Notes under the pieces: generated by a model | Databases searched by the model: none | Told to the model about the DNA's origin: nothing | Seen by the model: only the letters and a program-made list of their open reading frames with translations | IMG/VR virus record: IMGVR_UViG_3300044994_000320 | Span: 23,212 to 87,211 of that record | Length of the DNA: 64,000 nucleotides | DNA from: a virus | Direction: 5' to 3' (one strand) | Program-made: the position numbers and the translations under genes | Shown here: one piece after another, positions 9,341 to 19,011 of the stretch | Position numbering within the stretch: the first letter of the stretch is position 1 | How the letters are laid out: each line of letters opens with the position of its first letter

Positions 9341-11593
9341 ATGGCTTTAATAACAAGAGACACCTACAACCCAGAAAAAAATCGCGCTAAGGTTGTTATT
9401 CAAAAGGGAAAGCCAGGAATAGATGCCGAAATAAATGAAATGCAGGACATTTTGCGCGGCTACCTCAACAATTTCTACGATCTCCTATTTACCGGTTTTA
9501 GCGCTCTAGGTTTCCAGATACAAGAACACCCAACAGTTAAAGAGCAAAATTTTTTGATTAAGCTTGGTCGTTTTTACGGCAAACTCCCGCGATTAAACAG
9601 TATCGATACAAGCTATGTAAATCAGGCCGTAGACTATACGTTTCAAACAATTTCTCCAGTAATGCTCACTACTCCTGTCAGTAACAGGACAGACCTCGTC
9701 TATTTAGACGTTTGGCGCGAAGAAGTAAACTCTACAACAGACGTTTCGCAAATCGACACTTCTTTAGGTGCAGAAACGGCCGTTCGTGATGTAATTAAGT
9801 TTGCAGTTAAGGTTCTCGAAGGCTCTACGACATTACCAACGCCGGCCAGTGGTCACGAGCATCACGTGCTTGCGCATATAAATCGTCTTGCTGGGAACGC
9901 GCAAATTTTAGCGTCTATGATTGTCGATAAGCGAAACATCATCGCCAGTCTCGACGACACAATCAAAGCTCGAAGAGCCTACCCATTTAAGGTTTCAAGC
10001 GCGAAGGCGAATCTTCTTAACGATAATAAGGCATACGGCGTAAGTAATATGCTCTTAAACGGATGTGAGGGTGATCGAGAGTATTTTATTACAAAGATTT
10101 CTCGCAATGTTGGAGGCGCTTGGATTGTCGAAATTTCCGATACTGTTAGTCTAGTTGCGCGGTTTAGTTCTACGATTAACCCAGAAGGGAGTGAGTATTT
10201 CCAAGTATCCCCCGTTGGTATTTCAAATGTTCGCGGGTTTGGTCGTATAAAGTGGTCTGATATTCCAAATGGTGCTACGTACACTTTCGCTCAAGGCGAC
10301 TTGATTATTCTTGATCAAAACTGCTCTACTTCTACGCAGAATACCGGCCCCGGCGGTGCCGGTAGTGGAAATAAAGTCACCACGTATCGTTCAGGTCAAG
10401 CCCCTCTTTATGTCGATCCCAGTGACCCTACTGGTCGTCGTTGCCGCGTTTTTAGGCGCGATGTACAGCTTGTATCCGCTGATGGGTCATTACAGCAGCA
10501 CGTTGAACAAGAGCAAGAAAATCCAGTTTCGCGCGTTGATAATAAAGCTGAAGATATTTCAGATGTTTACATCTTGCAAAACGCGATGTCTGAACTTCCC
10601 GCAAACAAGATCCTCTTTACCCCCAACCCCGATGTACTATTCAGTGATCGACACCAACGTGTAGGTTTCTACGTAGCTGTAAAAGGTCTTGGCTATACCG
10701 GTATTCGCATAACTATTCATGATGACACTAATCAAGTTATCAGCACAGCCGATGTTCCAATCGGCAGCATCCCTAACGGGGATTGGATGTATGTCGACCT
10801 GCCGTGTATTTTAGAGTACGGTAGAACGTACCACTATCATTTCCACACTCTGAACTTTACCGTCGGTACATCCCCACGTTTTGGTGCTTCTTCGAGCGGT
10901 GTTATAGCTTTTCGTGAAATGTACAAGCCGTTTAGCGGAAAATTCGGAAGCCCCGACTGGGAAGACGTGGTTGTGCTATTTTCAGAGGCCGGTCTTTTGA
11001 TCCCCGCCCGTGTTTTGGGCGAAGATGTCGGCTATGCCAGCGGCCCCGGCGTTTTTGACGTTATGGCCGTCGATTTTAGTGATGACGCTAAATGGGCTGC
11101 GTGGGAGTACAATGACTATATCGGCGTTGATTTGCTTACAGGCCGCGTAAAATTTCCACCGTCTCTTAACCCGCTTAATTATGGCGTAAATTTCAATGCG
11201 CTTGAAAACTGGGAGCAGGCAGACGGAAAAAATACGCTTATGCACGGCGAAAGCCGCTCTGTTCAAGAGGAACTCGTCTTTTTACGTAATAGTTTGATCG
11301 TCGGAGCGCCTTACGGTTTTTCTGCAGTAGTTTCTGGCGGAACAGTGGCCCAACCCGCAGAAGTTGTTTTTCAGCGCACCCCAACAAGCGAACCCTACAA
11401 CCAAAATTTGCGCTGGAAAGCGGCCCTTTCTTGGACAAATACCCCCATCGTCGGCCTTTTAGCTTCTGTTGTTTACTCGAAGAGTTTCGATGGCGGCACT
11501 ACCTATACAGAGATAGGATCAGACGTCTATGCATACGATGGATCAGGTTATTTAGTTTCAGTATCTTCGTCCGACAAACAACGTATAACGTAA
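9341..11593 (+). CDS. tail fibre / baseplate-anchor protein with DUF6519-like N-terminus
   Basis: N-terminal RDTYNPEKN..VVIQKGKPGIDAEINEMQDI and RTDLVYLDVWREEV..ETAVR resemble DUF6519/DUF4815 anchors of contractile systems. Confidence 0.7.
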   Translation: MALITRDTYNPEKNRAKVVIQKGKPGIDAEINEMQDILRGYLNNFYDLLFTGFSALGFQIQEHPTVKEQNFLIKLGRFYGKLPRLNSIDTSYVNQAVDYTFQTISPVMLTTPVSNRTDLVYLDVWREEVNSTTDVSQIDTSLGAETAVRDVIKFAVKVLEGSTTLPTPASGHEHHVLAHINRLAGNAQILASMIVDKRNIIASLDDTIKARRAYPFKVSSAKANLLNDNKAYGVSNMLLNGCEGDREYFITKISRNVGGAWIVEISDTVSLVARFSSTINPEGSEYFQVSPVGISNVRGFGRIKWSDIPNGATYTFAQGDLIILDQNCSTSTQNTGPGGAGSGNKVTTYRSGQAPLYVDPSDPTGRRCRVFRRDVQLVSADGSLQQHVEQEQENPVSRVDNKAEDISDVYILQNAMSELPANKILFTPNPDVLFSDRHQRVGFYVAVKGLGYTGIRITIHDDTNQVISTADVPIGSIPNGDWMYVDLPCILEYGRTYHYHFHTLNFTVGTSPRFGASSSGVIAFREMYKPFSGKFGSPDWEDVVVLFSEAGLLIPARVLGEDVGYASGPGVFDVMAVDFSDDAKWAAWEYNDYIGVDLLTGRVKFPPSLNPLNYGVNFNALENWEQADGKNTLMHGESRSVQEELVFLRNSLIVGAPYGFSAVVSGGTVAQPAEVVFQRTPTSEPYNQNLRWKAALSWTNTPIVGLLASVVYSKSFDGGTTYTEIGSDVYAYDGSGYLVSVSSSDKQRIT

Positions 11594-11606
11594 GGAGCCT
11601 AAAAAA

Positions 11607-12188
11607 ATGTTTCTTTTTCAGCAAGCTCTTGCACGTCTTCGTGTAGAAAAAGTCGATAAGGTAAATAACATTGCCGAAACGATTACCGGGCAAAAAACTT
11701 TGTCTTTGTCGCCACTTATTGCAGTTGGCGGAGAGTCTTCTAATGCCCAAGCCGTACAAACGCGTTCACAAATTGTTGCTGTCGCTCAAGCCGAAGGAGC
11801 GGCTGCAGCTGCCGCAGTTATTAAGAATATTCCTACATGGACAGAAACTTTACAGGCTCCCTCCGCTCGTGCTGTAGAAGAGCGCGTTACCCCAGGTGTA
11901 ACGGTTGAAACCTATACCTCTGGCCCCCTCGTTTTGAATTTTTCTACTGGCTTTCCTGTGAAAGACGTTCAAGGCGCAAGTGTGGCTCCAGCCAATATAT
12001 CCATAGTTGGCGTAGCAGAAGGCGGTTCGTATGCGTTTAAGTTCATTTCAGACGTAAGTACCAGTTCAGAGTCACTCGGCTGCGTTTGGCCGAATGGTAC
12101 AAACCCGATATTTGTTGAAAGCAAAACGTATATGATAAACTTTATCGTAATCTCTGGAGTTAAGCACGCTGTATCCACTGCGTATTAA
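11607..12188 (+). CDS. putative tail fibre-associated protein
   Basis: ETITGQKT fibre-shaft motif; C-terminal WPNGTNP beta domain. Confidence 0.55.
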   Translation: MFLFQQALARLRVEKVDKVNNIAETITGQKTLSLSPLIAVGGESSNAQAVQTRSQIVAVAQAEGAAAAAAVIKNIPTWTETLQAPSARAVEERVTPGVTVETYTSGPLVLNFSTGFPVKDVQGASVAPANISIVGVAEGGSYAFKFISDVSTSSESLGCVWPNGTNPIFVESKTYMINFIVISGVKHAVSTAY

Positions 12189-12190
12189 AA

Positions 12191-13213
12191 ATGAAAGGTA
12201 TACACTACCCGATTACCCCGAGAACCGGTTTTTTCGGTGGAGGCTCAAGTTGGCCTAATGGCTCAGATGGCGACCTAAATATCACAACGCATGTTATAGT
12301 TACAACGTGGTCGGTTAAAGATTACAGGAACATCTATATCTCGCCAACCGGCATTTTAGAGATTCAGCAGAATGCGTTTTGGACTTTTATCGGTTGTACC
12401 GGGACGTTCGTAATCGATGGTATTTTGCGCGTTGTAAATACCGGTGCAGCAGGTACTATTTTAAGTAATACCCCAGGTCTTTCCGGCGCGCTCACAGGCC
12501 CCCCAATAAGTCACAACATTGTCCAAAAAAACGGAGGCAATGGTGGGTTTGGTAATAAAACAAGAAATACTTTGTTCGGCTGTTCGGAGTCCAACAGTTC
12601 TGGCGGCGCTCAAAACGCCGGCGGTGGCGGTGGCGGTGGCGGTGGCAATACTTGGCACGGCAGTTCCTGTTCAAACTACGTTGTAGGCAATAACGGCGCT
12701 CCCGGCGGCCCTAACGGTGAAGGTGGTTCAGGTGGTTCAGGCGGAAATTGGGCAAGCGTTGTCGGAGGCTCAGGTGGTTCTGGCGGCGCTTTATCTGGTG
12801 GAAACGGTGGCGGAGGTGGAGTAGGCAACGTCTCTGGTGCCAGTGGCCCTGGTGGAGGTGGAGGCGGTGCTCGAGGTTTTCACGGCGGGTGCCTTATGAT
12901 ACGTATGCGCTCAAGCAATCTTGTCATAAACGGTTCTATTCAAGCCAAAGGCTATCCCGGTGGTAACGGCGGTGCCGGAGCGAGCACAGGCGGTAATGCC
13001 GGCGGTGCCGGTGGTGGAGGTGGAGGCGCTGGAGGATCAGGTGGAAAAGTCTCCATTCTTACCCCATTCTCCGTAATAAATTTCGGAAATATAGACATTA
13101 GCGGAGGTCCCGGTGGAACAGGCGGCACACAAGGCGGCGCAGCAATTATAGGTTCCGCCGGAGATAACGGGCAAAATGGCAATCCTGGCGTTAAAGAGGT
13201 CATCGTTGGGTAA
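12191..13213 (+). CDS. glycine-rich virion protein
   Basis: GSDGDL N-terminal motif and long GG(G/N/A) runs with GGGGGGAGGSGG. Confidence 0.7.
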   Translation: MKGIHYPITPRTGFFGGGSSWPNGSDGDLNITTHVIVTTWSVKDYRNIYISPTGILEIQQNAFWTFIGCTGTFVIDGILRVVNTGAAGTILSNTPGLSGALTGPPISHNIVQKNGGNGGFGNKTRNTLFGCSESNSSGGAQNAGGGGGGGGGNTWHGSSCSNYVVGNNGAPGGPNGEGGSGGSGGNWASVVGGSGGSGGALSGGNGGGGGVGNVSGASGPGGGGGGARGFHGGCLMIRMRSSNLVINGSIQAKGYPGGNGGAGASTGGNAGGAGGGGGGAGGSGGKVSILTPFSVINFGNIDISGGPGGTGGTQGGAAIIGSAGDNGQNGNPGVKEVIVG

Positions 13214-13314
13214 AAGAGTTTACATACTCAATGCGGCGCCAGAAAAAGGCGAGGCTCTTTTAGCAGACCCGCATCTCGAAATCATCCAGCACAAAAGAGT
13301 AAAGGAGTTTTCAG

Positions 13315-13584
13315 ATGCCAGCGTATATAGATGAACCGAGAGCAATCCCCCGTGATCCTTTTAATGCTCCAAACTATGATTTTTCTGTTCCTATCGATCA
13401 CCCGTTACTTATTCGTGAGGAAATCGATAAAAATGCGTCCGGTGAAGTAGTTCGTTGGCGCAAAATATATGAAACATCTTCGACTGACTCAACCCCTAGA
13501 ACCTTTCAAAAAGTCATCGACCCTGGCTCCGGCGACACTGCGGTAGCGACTACAGTTATTGTCTATCCTTGGGTGGAGATTTAA
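13315..13584 (+). CDS. small protein, paralogue of 17914-18204
   Basis: Shares DH.LLI, VRW...Y.TS.TD.TP.T.QK.I.PG.G...VATTV.VYPW..I with 17914-18204; AAGGAG SD. Confidence 0.8.
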   Translation: MPAYIDEPRAIPRDPFNAPNYDFSVPIDHPLLIREEIDKNASGEVVRWRKIYETSSTDSTPRTFQKVIDPGSGDTAVATTVIVYPWVEI

Positions 13585-13585
13585 T

Positions 13586-16500
13586 ATGGGCCCAGGAGCA
13601 GCTTTTTATCAGCAGGTTCTTTTCCCAGGTCCTTCCGATACTGCGGAAAATGTAGGTACAGGCGCGAGTGTTTTTAGAAACAAGATTAATCGGCGCTTTT
13701 ATTTTAGGTCGCTAAAATCGCAAACTTCTGCACTCGTAATTTCTGTTGTTGGCGATGAAGTGCAGTTTACCTTAAATTTCCCGCCAATGCTTAACTACAA
13801 AGGCAGTTGGAACGCTAACACGAATTCTCCTGATCTCACTACGGGTTCTCATGCTGTCGGTGATGCCTACGATGTGTCTGTTGCTGGTACAACAAACCTC
13901 GATGGCATTTCTGATTGGGAAGTTGGTGATCTGGTTGTGCGTTTCGATACAGGTTCTGGCCAAGCATGGAAAAAATTTGATAATACTGATAAGATTATTT
14001 CTGTAAATGGCCAAGTCGGTGCTGTAGCTTTAACTACAGATGACATTCCTGAAGGCGCAAACAAGTATTACGATGACGCACTTGTCTCTGCAAATACTGA
14101 TGTAGCTGCCAACACCGCTGCGCGTCACGTTCATTCCAATTTTGCGCTGCTTGAAACTTATACGCAAACAAATGCTAATATTGCAGACGCAGTTACAAAA
14201 AGGCACACTCACGCTAATCTTGCTCTGCTTCACAGTTATTCACAAACAGAAGCCGATCTTGCTGATGCTGTTAATAAGAAACACACGCACTCAAATTACG
14301 CGCTTTTAGAAACTTATACAGTTTCAAATGCAAATATCGAAGCGGCTTATACTCACTCTCAGGCAGGTATTAGTGCGCATTCCGATGTAGATACCGAAAC
14401 CACCCCGCCTACAGACGGGCAAGCTCTCGTTTGGTATGATACAGAAAGCAAGTGGAAGCCAGGAACAATTTCAGGTGGCAGTGGCCATGTAATTCAAGAT
14501 GAAGGTTCCCCTTTAACTCAGCGATCAGCACTTGATTTTGTTGGGGCTGGAGTTACTCTTACTGACGACCCTGTAAATGATAAGACGATTGTGTCAATAT
14601 CTGGCGGTAGCGGTGGAACATCCAATATCGCTATCTACGATCCAGATATTGCAGCTACGGTTGACAATCGTTACAAGACATGGGCAGAGGTTATGGCCGC
14701 AGTTTCATCATGGGGGCCGGTAGGTGGTGAGATTGTAGTGCATAAGGTCGGTCTTTTTCAGAATGCTGCCGTTCCGGATGGAACGTATGATTTATCTAAT
14801 GTTTCTATTGTTTCTTCGAATGCTTCTATTGTTCCCGGCCTATCCTTTGCTGATGGTACTACGCTATCTGGTTTTCCGCGGCTACTTGAAGGTGTACGAA
14901 TCTTAAATAACAATACTTCTGCTCCACTGTATACTGTAAGTAGTTTTGGTCTTTTAGTGATTAGAGACTCTTCTGTGGTTAATGCTAGCAGTGCAACGCA
15001 TGCAGCTATCCACTTATCCTCTGGCTCTAACCTTACTTGTTCTGTTCATACAGGGATAAGTCCTTTCTTTAAGGAAAGTGGTGGGAGTGAGCCTATCTTT
15101 TGTGAAGGTTCTTTGTCTTTAGATATATGGAGAGTCCCAGAAAGCTCTTTTTTTTCTCAAAACGACATTTTCTCCAATGGTCTTTCAGGCAACGGTGTAA
15201 TTTACATTAACTCTCGTGTGCTAGTTTCTGGCGGATACGTTGCTACGCATACTAACTTTGATGGAACACTCAATGTGCTTCAACGATACGAAGAACGCGT
15301 TAATGAATTGATTGGTAATAAAACAGAAGAGGTTTTCTATTTCAACCCTGATTTGGCTCCGGGTGGAAATCTTTACGACAATTTCGATAACCTCGCAAAC
15401 GCTATCGCAAGTTCCACGAGCCAGTCAATTATCGTGTATTTTAATCTTGAAAATGGCGCTTACTATGTGCCAACGCCTAATACTTACGATTTTAGTAGAT
15501 GCGTATTCAAAAACATCAGCCGTGTAGATACGAATGCCACTCTCGATTTCCCTGATGGCACAACAATAACACAATGGCCGATAGATTGTGAAATTTCTAT
15601 GATTTTTCATAATTATACTGCGCCAGTTTCACAGACTTCAGGCATTTACAAAAACGCAAGATTTTCTAAAAAGGCAGCGATAGACAATTCTGGATCTCAA
15701 CCTGTTTTTAGGGCTTCTAATAATGGGGATAATTTTGAAATAATCTTAACAGAAGAATCCAGATGCAATAATGGTACGCTCTTTCACGCGGCTTCGGCAA
15801 ATAGTGCAATCAGAATTAAACTATTTGATTACGCAAGGATTGGTAATGTTTTTACTTCAGTTTCAGGTTCTATGATCGCTATAGAAGATCATACGCTTGT
15901 TGATGGTGGAGCAGATATTTCTAGTTATGGATCTGGAACACTGTATTATGATAATCCAGGTGAAGAAAGAATTAGTCAAGTTTCGGATCAACGTCTTGCA
16001 GATATTACTTGGAGAATATCGGACACAACGAATAAAAGCCTTCGTTTGTTTGCTGGCAGCTCCACACAGCTTTTAAGTAACTTAGCTATTTCTCAAATAG
16101 GCCCACAAGGTCCGTATTTTCCTAGGAAATTTGGTTTTTATTCGAACCTTACTGGCTTAACTACATTACACGGTATTTATCCCGGTATAGCCACCTACAT
16201 TGCCGATGGAATGGTGATTGTTCTGGAAAACATACAACAAGATGCAACAGTAGGAACTCTGGCTATTGAAATGAAGCACAACTCTGTTAGCGGAATAAGT
16301 AATGGAAAAATCTTTACTCAAGATGGTCACAGCTTGTGGCTTTACCAAAACGATAAAGTAAAATTGCGCTATAACAATAATGCTTCTTTCGGACCGATAG
16401 GATGGCATGTGATTGCCGTAGAAAGAGCCAATAGCTTTTATTCTGGAGCTGTTGCAGGCATTACATGGACCGCTACAGTTAACCCGACAGTGCTTGACGC

Positions 16501-16816
16501 AGAATACAAACTACGCTTTGAAGGAGGATACTGCTATTTAGATGCGTATATTCAGTGCAATGGTACAAGTGGTACGAATATTACGCAAATTATTTTCAAC
16601 ATGCCTCAAGGAACTCCAAAATCAGGCGGTCCTCTAGGCACCGGACGAATTGGTACGTTAGTAAATCAAGGTGCAGACTACTTAACTGGTTTTACCTCTG
16701 CTTGTATTGCGCACGCCGGAGATGAAGCTATTCAAGCGGCGTTTCCAGCAATCAGTAACCCAGAGTTTTTAAGATTCAGTATGATTATTCCGTTAGATGG
16801 ACCTCCAGTTCCATAA
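13586..16816 (+). CDS. long fibre / receptor-binding protein
   Basis: Start moved to ATG 13586 (GGAG SD); YKGSWNA domain, SVNGQVGAVAL motif, three 26-aa HxH repeats, DGQALVW..KWKPG motif, duplicated beta-rich modules. Confidence 0.8.
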   Translation: MGPGAAFYQQVLFPGPSDTAENVGTGASVFRNKINRRFYFRSLKSQTSALVISVVGDEVQFTLNFPPMLNYKGSWNANTNSPDLTTGSHAVGDAYDVSVAGTTNLDGISDWEVGDLVVRFDTGSGQAWKKFDNTDKIISVNGQVGAVALTTDDIPEGANKYYDDALVSANTDVAANTAARHVHSNFALLETYTQTNANIADAVTKRHTHANLALLHSYSQTEADLADAVNKKHTHSNYALLETYTVSNANIEAAYTHSQAGISAHSDVDTETTPPTDGQALVWYDTESKWKPGTISGGSGHVIQDEGSPLTQRSALDFVGAGVTLTDDPVNDKTIVSISGGSGGTSNIAIYDPDIAATVDNRYKTWAEVMAAVSSWGPVGGEIVVHKVGLFQNAAVPDGTYDLSNVSIVSSNASIVPGLSFADGTTLSGFPRLLEGVRILNNNTSAPLYTVSSFGLLVIRDSSVVNASSATHAAIHLSSGSNLTCSVHTGISPFFKESGGSEPIFCEGSLSLDIWRVPESSFFSQNDIFSNGLSGNGVIYINSRVLVSGGYVATHTNFDGTLNVLQRYEERVNELIGNKTEEVFYFNPDLAPGGNLYDNFDNLANAIASSTSQSIIVYFNLENGAYYVPTPNTYDFSRCVFKNISRVDTNATLDFPDGTTITQWPIDCEISMIFHNYTAPVSQTSGIYKNARFSKKAAIDNSGSQPVFRASNNGDNFEIILTEESRCNNGTLFHAASANSAIRIKLFDYARIGNVFTSVSGSMIAIEDHTLVDGGADISSYGSGTLYYDNPGEERISQVSDQRLADITWRISDTTNKSLRLFAGSSTQLLSNLAISQIGPQGPYFPRKFGFYSNLTGLTTLHGIYPGIATYIADGMVIVLENIQQDATVGTLAIEMKHNSVSGISNGKIFTQDGHSLWLYQNDKVKLRYNNNASFGPIGWHVIAVERANSFYSGAVAGITWTATVNPTVLDAEYKLRFEGGYCYLDAYIQCNGTSGTNITQIIFNMPQGTPKSGGPLGTGRIGTLVNQGADYLTGFTSACIAHAGDEAIQAAFPAISNPEFLRFSMIIPLDGPPVP
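14123..14356 (+). repeat. 3 x 78-bp (26-aa) HxH tandem repeat inside the fibre gene
   Basis: RHVHSNFALLETYTQTNANIADAVTK / RHTHANLALLHSYSQTEADLADAVNK / KHTHSNYALLETYTVSNANIEAAYTH starting at 14123, 14201, 14279. Confidence 0.85.
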
Positions 16817-16856
16817 TGCTTTACAGGTGACGCCCAAGATTACTAAGGAGTAAATT

Positions 16857-17594
16857 ATGACGCAGCTTTTAGTCACACTTATGAATTTCTTGTGGCCGCT
16901 GTTAAAAGGTGTTTTTTCTAAAACAGCGCTGCTAAGAAACCAAAATGGGTGGAACACCCAAGAATCCGAAGATCGCGCAAAAAAGATTTCAAAAGAAGAG
17001 GTTTTACAGAAAGTAGGTAAAAAAGCAGAAGAGCCTACGTCTTTAACATGGCCTACCAAGCGCGTACCGATTGTTGTTACTTCCAATTTTGGGTGGCGCA
17101 TTTTGAAACCAAACGGCGTAGAGAAGCGTGTGTGGCACGCTGGTGTAGACTTTCGCTCTTTCGATAACCCCGATATTATCGCTTGCGAAGACGCAGTCGT
17201 CAAAAAGGTCGTCGTTCCAGATACGCAATACCCTGTGCGATTTCAGCGTGTTAATGGTGTATGGAAAGAAATTGCGCCTAAAGATCGTGCATGGACTCCG
17301 TATCTCGTGTTAATTGGCAAGAAGTCCAACAATATGTATGTGTACCGCCATGTCTCGGTTATACCAAGCCTCAAGCCCGGGGATTCAGTTACCTGCGGAC
17401 AAGTTTTAGGGCGCACAGGAAATTTAGGGTATAGCATGGGAGAGCATCTGCATTTTGAGGTCTATGATTTCGATGAGCGCAATCAAACCTGGAAGTCACC
17501 AGAAGACCCGTTAAAATTTTTCAAAAAAGCCGGGTTGAAACAAGAGATCGAACATCAAGTCTCTGTCCCGGAATCTTTTTTCTTGGAGGATTAA
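16857..17594 (+). CDS. M23 family peptidase (probable endolysin)
   Basis: HAGVD (HxxxD) and HLHFE (HxH) zinc ligands; GQVLGRTGNLG; followed by holin-like gene. Confidence 0.85.
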   Translation: MTQLLVTLMNFLWPLLKGVFSKTALLRNQNGWNTQESEDRAKKISKEEVLQKVGKKAEEPTSLTWPTKRVPIVVTSNFGWRILKPNGVEKRVWHAGVDFRSFDNPDIIACEDAVVKKVVVPDTQYPVRFQRVNGVWKEIAPKDRAWTPYLVLIGKKSNNMYVYRHVSVIPSLKPGDSVTCGQVLGRTGNLGYSMGEHLHFEVYDFDERNQTWKSPEDPLKFFKKAGLKQEIEHQVSVPESFFLED

Positions 17595-17595
17595 A

Positions 17596-17910
17596 ATGGA
17601 AGAACAAAAAAGGAATATCGTATCACGCATTTTAGCGGCCTTTTGGCACGCCTTCTTTACAGACGCAAAAAACCAGTTTTCAACGCGCAAAACTTTTGCG
17701 TTAATCTTTGTGAGTTTAGCTATTGTAGAAAAAGTCTGCCTTGTCTTTTTCCCGGCTCACCACTTTATGGTTTTTTTGCAAGCTAAAGGTTTCAGTGACG
17801 CTGTTTTGATTGCTTTACAAGCATCTCTCGATGCAGTTGCCATGATTTCTCTCAGCGTTTATGGTGTTAAAGCCGCTTTAGACGCAAAAAGTCAAACATC
17901 TCAAGGTTAA
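17596..17910 (+). CDS. putative holin
   Basis: 104 aa with two or three hydrophobic segments; adjacent to endolysin. Confidence 0.6.
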   Translation: MEEQKRNIVSRILAAFWHAFFTDAKNQFSTRKTFALIFVSLAIVEKVCLVFFPAHHFMVFLQAKGFSDAVLIALQASLDAVAMISLSVYGVKAALDAKSQTSQG

Positions 17911-17913
17911 GCA

Positions 17914-18204
17914 ATGCCAGGGCCTAATGATCTACCACCTTTAGCGTCAAAGGACACGCCCTTTGTCCATATGCATGATAAGCTGGGGCACCCTATTCTT
18001 GATATAATACCTGTAGATCATGCCCTGCTTATTTACGAGCGCCTACACTACAATAGCCAAAAGGATATGGTTCGTTGGGAACGCGTGTACAAGACATCAG
18101 AAACCGACCCTACACCGATTACTTATCAAAAGCGCATAATTCCTGGAAACGGTAATGAGACTGTCGCCACAACCGTAACTGTCTATCCATGGGAGAGAAT
18201 ATAG
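17914..18204 (+). CDS. small protein, paralogue of 13315-13584
   Basis: Clear C-terminal similarity to 13315-13584. Confidence 0.8.
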   Translation: MPGPNDLPPLASKDTPFVHMHDKLGHPILDIIPVDHALLIYERLHYNSQKDMVRWERVYKTSETDPTPITYQKRIIPGNGNETVATTVTVYPWERI

Positions 18205-19011
18205 GTGTTTAATTACCTGTGGATACATGTTGGCTCAAAGCTTTCGGGCTCCATCTCTGGTGGGTCAGCAGTCATTGTTTTAGGTGAATACAATACCTAT
18301 GCCGAGTTACCGCCAGCAGACGCTACGAATAACCAGCATATCGCCAAAGTTTTAACGACTACAGGCATTATCGGTATAAATCGGCGCGTAAAAGGTTGGT
18401 ATATCAGTAACGGCGTTACCTGGGAAAAGTATGAAACAGATCAAGAAGGCATTGATGCGATAACTTCTCATGAGGCTCTTTACGCGCACGATCAAATTGC
18501 TCTAAATTCCGCTGCCAGGCATTCTCATGCCAATAAAGCGCTACTCGATACATATGACCAAACAAACGCCGACCTTTTAGACGCGGTTTCAAAAAAGCAT
18601 TTGCAGAACACCGATACCCATACAAGCTCTGCGTCTTTTCAGCTACAGCCAGGTAACGGCCCTATTCTTAAAAACGTAGGCGGCGAATTACAGTTGCGCA
18701 ATTATTTGGACTTGATTTACGGAAATTTACGTGTCGGCTCTGTGTACTACGACGGGGATCTCGTAGGCCCCTTGCGGGATTCTTACTTGGAAATTTCACG
18801 TACCAGCGGCTTGGTTTCTTCGGCCATACTCTGGACTTCGGCGGCAAAAGTGCAAAAAATCCGCGAAATAAACGTCACGCGTTCTGGCTCTACCGTAATA
18901 CAGGTTCAGCATAAAGAGTACGATAAAGCTGGATTTTTAGTGAAAACCTACGATGGAACATTATCACGCTCTAGTGGTCAGATTGTTAGTGTTACAGGGG
19001 TTGAATCATGA
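18205..19011 (+). CDS. short fibre-like protein
   Basis: Contains NSAARHSHANKALLDTYDQTNADLLDAVSKKH, a homologue of the 26-aa repeat in 13586-16816. Confidence 0.7.
   Translation: MFNYLWIHVGSKLSGSISGGSAVIVLGEYNTYAELPPADATNNQHIAKVLTTTGIIGINRRVKGWYISNGVTWEKYETDQEGIDAITSHEALYAHDQIALNSAARHSHANKALLDTYDQTNADLLDAVSKKHLQNTDTHTSSASFQLQPGNGPILKNVGGELQLRNYLDLIYGNLRVGSVYYDGDLVGPLRDSYLEISRTSGLVSSAILWTSAAKVQKIREINVTRSGSTVIQVQHKEYDKAGFLVKTYDGTLSRSSGQIVSVTGVES

Noticed and set aside
12500-13200. GGC/GGT runs as DNA-level repeats
   Set aside because: Explained by glycine codons with varied third positions
9341-19011. Diversity-generating retroelement or invertible fibre cassette
   Set aside because: No reverse transcriptase or invertase; paralogous segments differ at all base types and are all in direct orientation
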